A stretch of 64,000 nt of DNA from Macrostomum lignano (taxonomy: Eukaryota): assembly GCA_002269645.1 (NCBI GenBank), contig NIVC01000664.1, positions 12,841-76,840 of the forward strand, read 5' to 3'. Positions 22,135 through 33,250 of this stretch are shown here, piece by piece; positions within the stretch are counted from its first letter, which is position 1; the number at the start of each line of letters is the position of its first letter. The notes under the pieces are model-generated. The model saw only the letters and a list, made by a program, of their open reading frames with translations, was not told the DNA's origin and did not search any database. Both the position numbers and the translations under genes were made by a program.

Positions 22135-24984
22135 CTAGACCAGTCGGATGCGCTTCAGCTGATCGTGGGATGCGGGCGTCAGCGCATAGTGTCCGTAGGG
22201 CAGGCTTCGATTACTGCTAAGCCACACTCGCTTATCCTCCCACACCGATAGGCTTCTTTTCTCCATGACCGACGTGAAGATTTCGTGTTTCTTGGAAACA
22301 ATCGCTGTCATGGCAACCATCTGCTCTTGCTTGGACTCGAACGCGTCGACATAGTTCGCATGCGAAATTTGCTGTCTTACTACTGACTGCTTCACGCCTT
22401 TGGCAGTTTTCTTGATCTTTGCACTCGAATTCTCGGCAGGGAGAAACGAATAAAGTTTTGGACGCAAAAGAATTCACTCCTGGTAAATTCCACCAGCAGA
22501 TTCATCTTTAACGCAGCCCAGCTTTCCTTTTAACTCTTCAGAGAAATGCGGATGGTCACGAGAATAGTTGGATGTGTCAAGTATTTTTTCCTCTCTAAGC
22601 TTCGGGATTACCTCCGATGTTAAATCATGATTCTTGAAAGCTAGAAAAAATGAGTCAGTATCACCTCCGCAAAGCATCATGTCTCTGGAACCGTCTGAAT
22701 GACAGAACAGCGGTCGGAGCCTGTCATATAGTAGGCTGTACATGGCAATCTTAGAGAGATCGAGAACTGCCTGGCCAACGAAAATGGCCTTGTCAAGCGT
22801 GATTTTATCTTTTTTGAGCTGAAAAATGCTCAACGACTCATTGATAATCGAGAATGCGGCACAGTTTGGTCGAGAGGTGCAAGTTTCTGCTTGAGTCTGG
22901 TTAGTGCAAATTCGAACATCGCATCTTTTTCGAACGTTCTCCATAGTTTTTCCAAAGAGAGAATTGTTTTTCAATTTGTAAAAAATCCTTAGCAAACTCG
23001 GAAGTTGCCAAAGCTCTTTTTTCATTGTTGCTGGCAATGTACGGCGCGAAAATATTTTCCTGCTTGAACGAAATCATTTTTTTGACGCACTTGATCCGCA
23101 TTCCGTGTTGCAGGTAAAATCTTAAAACGGTGCTGTGAACTACGTAAGAATCCTTGTCGGTACAGGTGAGTAGAAGCTTCTCCGTTGCTTGAAATTTAGC
23201 TTCAGCATTGCCAGTTCGCTGTTCAGCAATCTCTTTCCATAGTTCGGCCATGTACGGCGAGAATTGATCTGGCTGTGGTTTTGATTTTTCAGGTGCAAAC
23301 GGTAACTCCTGAGTCGAATCGTGAATCTCAGCTGGGTATTCTAGATCGAGTTGAACAAGGTAGGCGATTTCGGCTTCTGGATTGAGTGACAGAAACCGAT
23401 TGGAGTCCCAGAACTGGATTTCCTGTTCCGGTACCCACCTGAATTCCCTGCATGGAAGCGGAAGCGACAGGGCAAAGCCATACAAGTTGTTCATATCGAT
23501 CGGCATGAGGCTTACACTCTCTTGCTGATCATCATAACCTGGCAAGCTAGGATTATTACCTTTGACGCAATGCACATTAATGAAGGACATGCCTCCTCGT
23601 ATTCCCTTCTCAAACAGATGATACATGTCAGCATCAGTCAGCTGCTCTAGAACCACTCCAGTCGACTTTAGAGCTGAGTCGTAAGACAAACCAGGAGTAG
23701 TAAAGTAGTGTACCGGATCCAATCCGTCCTCTTTCAGACTGGCCTGTCGGAATGTCTCAAAAATGTCAGCCAGCTGCCTTACATCCATTTCAAGATAGGC
23801 GAGCATATAATCCTTCAAACTTTTGCATTGAAATGCCGCCCATGCCGCTCTTGCTCTATTGTAGTCGTCGTCGGAAATTCCCCTATCGGAAAGTCGATTA
23901 AAAAAAGCATCTTTAGGCGGCAAAACCGACTGCTCGAGAATCTCAAATCCTGTGAGGTAATCATATGGGAAAATCCCTTTTTTCGAAGTAGCTCTCTTGA
24001 AAGATGTGGTCTTGACTCAAGCATTTGCATTGTCAGCTTGCATTCAGCTTCGGGAAGATTAGCAAACAAATTGGACAAACTTCCCTTCAAAAAGCAGAGC
24101 GAGTCGATGAACTGAATTGTAAACATGATTGGCACAACTTTTCCGTTCTTTACGTAACTTGCAACAGGGAATTCCGCCCTTAGTGACAAGTATCGCTCGG
24201 ATGATTGCGGAACAACACTAAGTTTCCAATTTTTCATGCTCCCAAGCGCAGTGGAAAGTAGAAGATGAAGGTCGTAGCCGCCTAAGTTGTGAAAAACCAG
24301 GGGCAGAAACCGGCGTCGGAGCTGTGCTCGCAGGTTGCATTCTTGACATGCTGCACCTTTGTACTGTCCATTTAAATGATCGTGGTCAAAATGTTTATCT
24401 GTAGAACTTTTAAAGTTCTTCTTGCAGTAGTGACATACCTCAGCAGAATTGAAATCATCCATGACGGTCGCGGATGATCGGTCAGCCGGCTGGTGGCTAT
24501 GCTTCTGGTTCCAGTGAAATATATCCTGAGCCAGGCTTTCAAGAGATTTGAGAAAACCAAGGATACACTCATCAGGGTCCGCATTGCAAAAGACCTTGTA
24601 CATGTCTCCTTCTGGCCTAAGCGGAGGTCCTGTCATGCCTTCACGAGGCACTGCAAGAAAAGCTGCTGCACATGGTTCATGCTTCGAGATCAGGTTAGCA
24701 GGGTCTGTGTTCGCTCGCAAAATGGCTTCCAGGTCGGCATAGGCAACGAATGGTGGACTGACAGTGTTTTGACAGTTTCGGAACTTTATTTCATTCTTTC
24801 CTGGAACTGGAAGCGTTTCTTTGACAGGATTTTCTGCAGTAATGCTGCATTCGTTCCTGTGCTCTTGAAGCCTCTCGTTGCTATAAAATGATGTTAAACA
24901 TTTCGTGCACCACTTCCTCATGGCGGGACCATTACGACTGTTCATTAACCTGTCAAAATTAGTAATTGCACACCAGTGCTCCGA
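22135..24984 (-). pseudogene. Protein-primed family B DNA polymerase, 5'-truncated, three frameshifts
   Basis: Zn motif CTKCL..H..C; ExoI YADLE; CHYC..DHDHLNGQYKGAACQECN; ExoII HNLGGYD; pol motifs DMNNLYG, KNNSLFGK, GGDTDS; KKTAKGV. Confidence 0.93.
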
Positions 24985-25472
24985 TCCATTATGGGCTTCG
25001 TGTCCTGGTCAGCCTCCAACTTGAGCTTCTTGTCCTCTTCCTCCTCTTCCTCATCAGACTCCAGCTCGTACTGCATTGAGTTCCTCAAGGGAGCCACCAG
25101 CTGACCGTCGATCCAGGAGGCGATTTTCCAGAGCTTCTGCCACAGCGGCGGAGTCAGTGGTACGGCGTTTCGTCTCAAAAACTCCTCGCAGCAATCTTCC
25201 GGCAGCCGTTTGAGCCAAATGATGCCGCCTTTGACTTCCACAAACTTATCGAAGCCGAGTTTCACGACCTTGGGCTCGTTGTTGCGTGCAGAAATCACAA
25301 GTGAGCGTTTCACCTCCTTCAATTTCTTCCATTGGTGAACATTCAGGTTGAATCCTGGGACGCCTGGCTTCAGACTTGCCGTGCTGCCGTGTCGGTAAAA
25401 CTTGCGAATAGCGATAAATTTTTGTCCTTCAAACTCCTGGACTTGTGCCTTATAGCCTTCACAGATGTCCAT
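24945..25472 (-). CDS. Second copy of the tandem-PC4 gene with a new 12-aa C-terminus
   Basis: Identical to the left copy to KPIM, then DRSTGVQLLILTG read out of frame from polB DNA; its TAA overlaps a polB ATG (TAATG). Confidence 0.8.
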   Translation of the reverse strand: MDICEGYKAQVQEFEGQKFIAIRKFYRHGSTASLKPGVPGFNLNVHQWKKLKEVKRSLVISARNNEPKVVKLGFDKFVEVKGGIIWLKRLPEDCCEEFLRRNAVPLTPPLWQKLWKIASWIDGQLVAPLRNSMQYELESDEEEEEEDKKLKLEADQDTKPIMDRSTGVQLLILTG

Positions 25473-25652
25473 TTTCCTTTCGCAATTGAAAACTCACAAA
25501 AGTTAAAAGCTGAGGAAAAGTTCGGATGAAATTTTGGATTTGAAAAATTGAGAATTCTTTCTTGTCAGTTTCGGGGCTTATATACCCTCGACCGAACCAC
25601 CCCAAACCACCCATCCCACTCCGGGCTCTGTGATTGGCTCTTTCGCAAACAT
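24985..25652 (-). repeat. 668-bp inverted repeat, right arm
   Basis: Reverse complement of 13361-14028. Confidence 0.95.
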
Positions 25653-25704
25653 TATTTCCAATTACATAGATTAACATTCATTCAGCTAAGCTAACCCACT
25701 CCAT

Positions 25705-26079
25705 CCTATCTCTGCAGTGTTAACCACCCCCAATGCAAAGAGATAGGCCGCCTCTCCTCCTATCTCTGCAGTGTTAACCATCTCCAGTGTAAAGAGATAG
25801 GCCGCCTCTCCTCCTATCACTCCAGTGTTAAGCAGAGATAGAGCTCATATCTCTGCAGTGCTTAGCCGTCCCCAATGCACAGAGATAGAGCTCATATCTC
25901 TGCAGTGCTTAGCCGTCCCCAATGCACAGAGATAGAGCTCATATCTCTGCAGTGCTTAGCCGTCCCCAATGCACAGAGATAGGGTTCATATCTCCGCAGT
26001 GTATTTTTCCCTATACATTTGCATTGCCGCCTATCTCGCCAGTGCTAGTGCGGCAGTATCATAATTCGCCCTACTACTC
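25705..26079. repeat. Maverick terminus: 54-bp (x2) and 47-bp (x3) hairpin-forming tandem repeats and ACTACT end
   Basis: Each unit has (C)TATCTCT..AGAGATAG inverted arms; ends CGCCCTACTACT at 26079. Confidence 0.75.
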
Positions 26080-26363
26080 ACGCCGAAAGGAGCCAAACGA
26101 GACAAATCAGTTGCGAAAAGCAGGCAGCGGCCGAGAAAGCGGATCCCAGCGAAGCGTTTGTTTATTAGTTTAAACGAGTTAATATTTATTGGTTCGTAAA
26201 AAGCAGAATAAAAAATTGAGAAATTGCGACGGAGCCAAGCCGGGCCGGGTGCGCGGCCAACACCCCCACACCTCAACCCCCCGCCAAAGTACAGCGATAT
26301 GTACAGCGGCACCCTCCGGCGCGTCTAACACACCTTACTCAGAGAGTAACGATTGCATTATCA

Positions 26364-26792
26364 ATGTCCTATTTTATCTGTGTCCTATTTCAGCTGTGCC
26401 ATATTTCAGCTGTGTCCTATTTCAGCTGTGTCCTATTTCAGCTGTGTCCTATTTCAGCTGTGTCCTATTTCAGCTGTGCCATATTTCAGCTGTGTCCTAT
26501 TTCAGCTGTGTCCTATTTCAGCTGTGTCCTATTTCAGCTGTGTCCTATTTCAGCTGTGTCCTATTTCAGCTGTGTCCTATTTCAGCTGTGTCCTATTTCA
26601 GCTGTGTCCTATTTTATCTGTGTCCTATTTCAGCTGTGCCATATTTCAGCTGTGTCCTATTTCAGCTGTGTCCTATTTCAGCTGTGTCCTATTTCAGCTG
26701 TGTCCTATTTCAGCTGTGTCCTATTTCAGCTGTGTCCTATTTCAGCTGTTTCCTATTTCAGCTGTGTCCTATTTCAGCTGTGCCTGTGTCCT
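26364..26792. repeat. 16-bp satellite array, right array, same unit and orientation as 8891-9848
   Basis: About 26 units; variant block TTTTATCTGTG..GCCATATTT recurs at 240-bp spacing. Confidence 0.95.
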
Positions 26793-27203
26793 ACTAAACT
26801 AAGGCTTAGAAGCGCAGTATATAGTCTGATTTATGAGGTTTGCATTACATGCAGCCAACACGGACAGTAAAATATGAAGAAAAACTGCACGGGACAGCGC
26901 AGGAAGGTTTCAAACCTGTTTGCTAATTGCAGTCGGGAATGACAAGGCATGCAGCGGAACAAATCGAAGCAGAATTAAGCTTCTGGACTCATTTGCCACT
27001 ACCCAACTGTCTAAGTAAACATAACTGTCCCAACTGTCCAAATAGCTGAATTGCAAACCCATTAGTGCAAAGCTTCGATAATAATGGATCACGGCGCGAC
27101 TGTCATAACTCTTAAATTATGGCAGAGAAACTGTAAATCCAAGACAGCTTGGCTGTTACCGGTATAATGTCTCTTACAATAAGTCTACATGCATTTTCTA
27201 AGA

Positions 27204-27580
27204 CAGGGGTCTGCAAACTTTTTCAGCGTAAGGGCCAGGTATAAAATCTAGCGCATGACTGCGGGCCAGAGAGAGGAGAGGAGAGAAGGGAGGGAATAGA
27301 GGAAAAAAGGAAGAACGGATGAGAGAGAGAGAGAGAGAGGAGATAAGAGTGGAGAGAGGAAGGGGAGAGAGGAGGGAGGAGAGAAGGAAAGGTGAGGAGA
27401 GAGGCGAGATGAGAGATAAGAGGGTAGATGAGGGGAGAGAGGAGAGAAGGGATAGGAGACCCCGGAAGAGCGGAGTGAGGAGACCTGAGAAGAGACAAAC
27501 CTTGAGCGGGCCAGATTGCTATTGTGAAGTTTCAATGACCTGAGGGCCGGATAGAGAGGGCTACGAGTTTGCCGGCCCTG
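27204..27580. mobile_element. hAT-like MITE with purine-rich interior
   Basis: Termini CAGGGGTCTGCAAAC / GTTTGCCGGCCCTG; no perfect 8-bp TSD. Confidence 0.6.
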
Positions 27581-29551
27581 ATAAGACAATTTATTTTATT
27601 TAGTTAGATCCGAGACCCAAGGAAAATCGTCGGCGAAGTGACTCCTGACGTCGGCGACGATCTACGCAGCGGAATCACTGCCACAGCCGGTGCAGGATCG
27701 AGGTGCTGCTGCTGACACTGCAGGCACCCTACCGGCGGGGACAGACGAAAAACACATATATTCGGAAGTTCATGATCTGAACTGGGGTCAGCTGGAGATA
27801 ATTTCGATTAAAAATTATAAAATTTAGTAACCAGGACAAAAACTTCCTAAAGTATACTTTCAATGAATTAAACACCTGTGCTGCTTTCATGACAAAATAG
27901 TTGGAAACATTGTGCGCTACAATGGACGCGAAACAAGGAGATGCAATTGGGGTAGTTTCGGTAAAAAAAACGACTTGCCCGAGACTATATGCAGAATCTT
28001 TTTAATAAATGATATCCCCAAATGCTAATTTAAGTAAAATGAGGATTTTGAGAGATTGTGGTTCTTGAGGAAACGGAAGTCAAGTCGGGGTTTGACCCTA
28101 GACTGTGCTCTCTGTGCCAATTCATCTCCGGGTTCGCGCTTCCGCTCGACCCTCTTGCTTCAACGAATCTCAACACATGGTGTGCTGGATAGTGACTCTT
28201 CTGAGGAGACAGGCGGCTGCATCGTCCACAGCCACAGTTTTTGCGACTGGATCTTCATCGGCTCTCGGGTCACTTCTACCTCTGGTGATGCTCGCCCGTT
28301 GCTGACCCAGGGCAAGGTTGCGTGCTACGTTGACAACAAAACAAACTGTCTGCATTCTCAACAAGGCTGGTTCTAACGTCTCTAAGCTGCTGCGTTGGCT
28401 TTAGACTTTTGGTCTCATGCTTATGTTCCCATTTTCTGCTTTTAAAGGTCCTGGCTTTGCAGTGCGACTGCTTCTGGGCAGTTCGTCTGGTCGAGCTGTC
28501 TATTGCGGAGTCCACACGGCTGACCTACGAGGCTGTCTGGCGCGCATTATGTTGTTTCTGTCTATAGGCATCAATGAGCCACCTGAGCAGCTCACAGTGG
28601 AGCTTCTCGTGCTCCTACCTCTCCGATGTCTCTGTTCGTCTAACTTCGTTCAGAAGCGTACAACTTCATCTGCAACGTTGAGCTCTATCTCGACATCAGT
28701 CTCGATGAAGTTTCGCGTTCTCCAATTGTGCCACTCATCCTGATAGATAATTAGACTGGACCTAAACAAGTCGTGCCGCAACAGCCAACAGAGCAGCCGC
28801 TCCGATTGGAGCATTCGATGCGCATTCGCCCAGCAGCTGCATCTGTCAGATCCAACAGGGCTGTTGGCACCCTGGCGTAACGCCTTCGGCGACATCAGCG
28901 CTGACGGCAGTTCTGCCCATTTCGCTGACTCCTGAGCACATGCAAGCGCGCCAATACTGCACTCAGACACACGCTCTCGGTGTACAACAGCTCTGACTGT
29001 CTACTCATCAGGCATGTACACTCTGGGCTTGAGTTGGGGGGGGGGTTGGCCCAAGTCCCAAATAAATGCGGTTTTGCATGGAATGGCTGCAATTGACTCA
29101 GACGCGTGCCGCTTAGCTTACTCCGCCCCTCCCTGCCATGAAGCGGCCTTTATGCAGTTGCTAAGCGCTGCTTAATTCGTTAGTAAAACAAAATGTATTA
29201 ACTCGGTGTGATGTAATCACTAATCCCTTTAATGGCAAGAGACATCTGAGAGTGAATCTTTATTTCCAACTGACTCTATACATGCACATGAATATATTTA
29301 CAAATTAAGTACAAGAAACAGAAACAGTTAAAAACATGCAGCTGAAGTCAGATAAACAAAAATCGATGCAAAGCAAAAAAATTCTAAGAAACGAGGAATT
29401 TATCAGACGCAACTATACTTATTCAAAAAAATTAAAAATGCCTATATCAGCCAGTCTAAATTGTGAACTCACCTTTACTCACCTTTGTTGATACTTAACA
29501 ATTATTTGCTTTTGTTGGGCTGCGCCCTTCCAGTGCGTATGTACTCGTACT

Positions 29552-30302
29552 TGTGTATGAATTTTGCTTGCCATCCCGCCCCGTCCCCCGTCTCGCGCCC
29601 GGGCCAGGGTTTGTGAGAGGCGTAAGTCTCAACCCTGGCCTAGCCCTTTGCACCCAGCCCCCGGCCCAACCTCTGTCCAATCTGGGTGCCGACCCTACCC
29701 CCCTCCCCCAGCCAATACGAGCCGCCCGCCTCACCCTGGGGCGGCTCGTATTGGCTGGCTGGTTGATAAGCCGGCTGGGCCGCAGGGTTTGGCTCGCCCT
29801 CTCCAGTCTGCCCCACCCCTTCCCCTTTTTTGTGTATTATTTAAATGCTAGCCCTGAGCGGGCTGCGCTCCACGTTTTTCTCTATTGGTGTCCGCTCGTT
29901 GTTCATCTGCACTTTGCTCGTTCGTCTGCATTCTGCTTGTTCGCTCGCTTAACTGTTGTGATCGATTGCAATTTGTTCGATCAAACTGTCTGCTCTCGGC
30001 CAATAAATACTTCGTTAAATTCCAAGTATCTGACTGGAGAGGTGAGCTCGAGCTTTCGTTCTTCTGGGTTGCCGCGTGGGGCCGGGATCTGCAGGGACCT
30101 GGGAACGGTGAACTCTCGCTGATCCCAGGGTGTTCGGTCAGGCGAACTCTCGCCGATCCCAGGGTGTTCGGTCAGGCGAACTCTCGCCGAACCGAGCGAG
30201 ACAGGGTAGGAATAGCCGGGGTGAGGGCTGGGACCGGGGTGTCTCAGGCGGGGAGGGCCCGAACCTTGACCCGTCCAGCGGCCATTAGGCCGAGACACAA
30301 CA
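29552..30302 (+). mobile_element. Solo-LTR-like insertion
   Basis: TGT..ACA ends; GC-rich CCAAT region with a 20-bp perfect hairpin; AATAAA near 30003; 34-bp internal tandem duplication; no clean TSD. Confidence 0.45.
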
Positions 30303-30366
30303 CTTTGCTAAAACTTAGATGGCATTAAAACCTGTTAGAAATGCAAAAGATTAAAGCTTAAATTAC

Positions 30367-31387
30367 CTGGTTCGCAAACTGGGCTGAACGCTTCATAGTC
30401 GGTGTAGCTGTTTGAAGACCAGGCAGTAGCCTCAATCTTGCAAGCTCCTGTTCTGTAGTTCATGACGGAGCTGCCGAGCCCCGGCAGCAGCAGGCGGCGG
30501 TCGCCGCACCCGACTCCGGATGCTGCGTAGGCGAGTCTCAGAGTGGCGCTGCTGTTGAACTCGGCAGTTCCGGTCGACGCCAGCAGCTTGAAGCAGCCGG
30601 AGTCCGAGCTCAGAAAGTGGCCGGGACTGTCAGCTGACCGGATCGACACGGAGTTCACCTCGCCGCTCAGTCCGGCCTGCTCGATGAAGACTGAGCCGGT
30701 CGATTTGGTCGAGCTCAGGTCGCAGGAGCTTCCGATTGAGCAGGACAGGAAGCTGGCAGTGGATGTTCTCAAGCTCAGCCTTTGAGACGGGCACAGGCGC
30801 GTGTCTGAAGAGAAAGTAGTCGATAAAATCAAATGAAAATTTATACTCTTTGGTAGCTTTAGGCTCAGCATGAAGTTTTATATAAATAATTTTAGGATGA
30901 AAATCAGCAGGTAGAATGTTAGCTCAGTTAAGGGTGCGATTTAAAAATTTAGACTCACAATCAACGCAGTGAAAGGAGAGCGCTGAGTCCGACTTGAACA
31001 GGTCATTTCCAGGCCAGTTGGACTTCGTCAGGTAGTAACTCTGATGCCGGATCCTCTGGTCCGGGAACTGCACCGGACTGATGCGCCAGTGGTTGCAGAA
31101 CTCCGATGCGAGGATTGTGAAACTGGCCGACTGTCTGAAACTGGCTGAGTTCACTTTCACCTGAAAGTAAAATTTGGTGCCGCTGGTGACCAAGTAGAAG
31201 TCGGGCCTCGCAGCGTCAGAGATGGACACAGCGCTGGGAGTTCCGTCCAGAGCGGGCTCGAACTGCATCTGCAGCGAAGGGCTCGACGTTGAGATGAGGA
31301 GTCTGGAGGTGGAGTCGCAGGTCCAGAAGTGATTGGAGAAGGGTCCGTAGGCCATGATCATGAAGGTCGCACAGGAGATGTTCTGTC
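30367..31387 (-). CDS. AbfB/CBM42-like copy B; exons 31387-30959 and 30804-30367; signal exon not found
   Basis: Near-identical to copy D including introns. Confidence 0.7.
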
Positions 31388-33129
31388 CTAAAACCGTTGA
31401 TTTTCACATGATAAAAGTCAATGTTAGATTTGGGGTCAATGGATCAAATTAATTAGATAGCACAACAGGGGGCAGAGAAGCTCAGCGATGGTTGTGTCTG
31501 ACTCTCGCCACAGTCACTGGTTCGATTTCGTGCATTTATTTAGGCTTGGGCATTAAGGAACTGGCTTGGGGCTTGGGAAAACCACTACTTTGTACGCAAG
31601 TCGGAACCAAGACGAGGCTGAGGACGAGAAATTGCAGCAAACCACTGGCTTCTGATGGCCGGTCTGTCGGCGCTATCTGGCTGGCAATATTTCTATGAAC
31701 TGAACTGCCTTCCCGGATCAAGGTTAAACACTAAAACCGCTGTCCGATGCTCTTTGTTAGCTCTGGCTGTAGGAACTCCGCCTCAACATGCTTAGAATGC
31801 GCGTTATTGCTGCCTTTTATAGTCTTGCTCAATAGTGAGGATATTTGCATGATAACCAGACCCCCCCCAGAATTCTGGAATTTTCCGGATACCTACGATT
31901 ATGAGACTGGTTGTGCTGAGCTACATCTCAGTAATTTCAGAAAGGAGCAAAAAAGCCATCGCTAAAAAGTGAAAAAGGAGCTGAAGTCAATGTCGTATCT
32001 TCCTTCGCAGAGACATGAATTATACATGAAACAAATATTCTCAAAAGGGTGCTCAAAGAAAGCTTTTGAAGTTTTGCTTACCGACACTGACAGAGAAGTC
32101 TGAATAATTATCTCCCATAGGAGTGGCGATTGCTATACCGTTTGACTGTGTGAGTCGCATCTCCCACCTGTGTATTTCCCACCGCTGCTCAGAACTACAA
32201 CCGTATCACAGCAGGGTGAACTCAGCTCCGCTCAGTTTGCAACTGGTTTACAACAGCTACTTTGAGGATGTTATATACGTCAGTTTGAGGCAGGTATCTG
32301 ACTTTAACTGGTTTTAAACCCCCCATGCCGGCCTGGTCTCGTGTAGGTGGGTTTATTGAGTGCGGGTGCTTTGCGTTCGTGCAGGGCTTAGGGCTGCCTC
32401 TTCTCTCCACTCTATGCTATTTATTATATATCGTGTCGCGGCCTCTGAGTCGGCGTAATTTTGGCAAAATATTCTTCTTCGTTTTTAAATTACAAAAAAT
32501 AACAGATTTCATCGCTTACGGGGTTCACTTCCCCTTTCTGGACCGGGTGTGCCGGTCTTTTGTGACATTTGCTTTTGCTCTGCATTTGTCTTTTGTGATT
32601 TGACTGGCATATTCAGCTGTTTATACTAATTGGGGCCAACTCTGCTTAGCTGCTTATCTTAGCCCTCTGTGCAAGTTCCGGTGAACTCTGTAAATATTTA
32701 GCATTGCAACAAAGAGAGATGACTGCATGGATTGCATGAAAAGAATAATCAAAAACCAGTTGCACTGGTAAAAGTGTAAAGATTCAGATGGTTGTGTCAA
32801 TTCTTCCTATTACTCTCGTACCACTAAAATTGCAAAAATACTTGGAATAGCCTGGTGGTATCATTGAGCTTTTATGATTATTGTTGATCAGAAATGATCA
32901 AAGCATTCACAGTATACATGAAGCACGAGTACATGAGACAACTGATGCGCACATCGAACTCACCTGCACTCATCGCGGTTTCTACTCTTCTATTTGCTAT
33001 GGAGCTAGAGAAATCTTGCTCGAAATGAAAGCAGAGAATTTACCAAAAAATTCCGAAAGCCCAACTCAGCCCGTGCTGAATCCGAAACGTTCGCAGGAGG
33101 ACTGACAGAAAATTGAAACTATGCTGCCT

Positions 33130-33250
33130 TACCAGGTTCAGAGACTGGGCTGAACACTTCATTGCTTGTGTTGTAGTCTGGAGACCAGGCTGTAGCCTCA
33201 ATCTTGCAAGCTCCTGTTCTGTAGTTCATGACGGGCTGCCGAGCCCCGGC
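33130..33250 (-). pseudogene. AbfB-gene exon-3 tail fragment
   Basis: Homology restarts at GCTGCCGGGGCTCGGCAG and runs through MNYRTGACKIEATAW..EPG to a GTAAG donor. Confidence 0.65.

Larger units (their letters stand above)
13361..26079 (+). mobile_element. Maverick/Polinton (adintovirus-like) endogenous virus, about 12.7 kb, rearranged
   Basis: Integrase, penton, hexon, adenain, ATPase and pPolB together; right terminus ends ACTACT (26074-26079), the reverse complement of the AGTAGT Polinton end; left terminus missing. Confidence 0.92.

Noticed and set aside
28056-29092. Coding-like region on both strands
   Set aside because: Multiple stops in the best frame and no recognisable motif; probably a decayed gene or transposon
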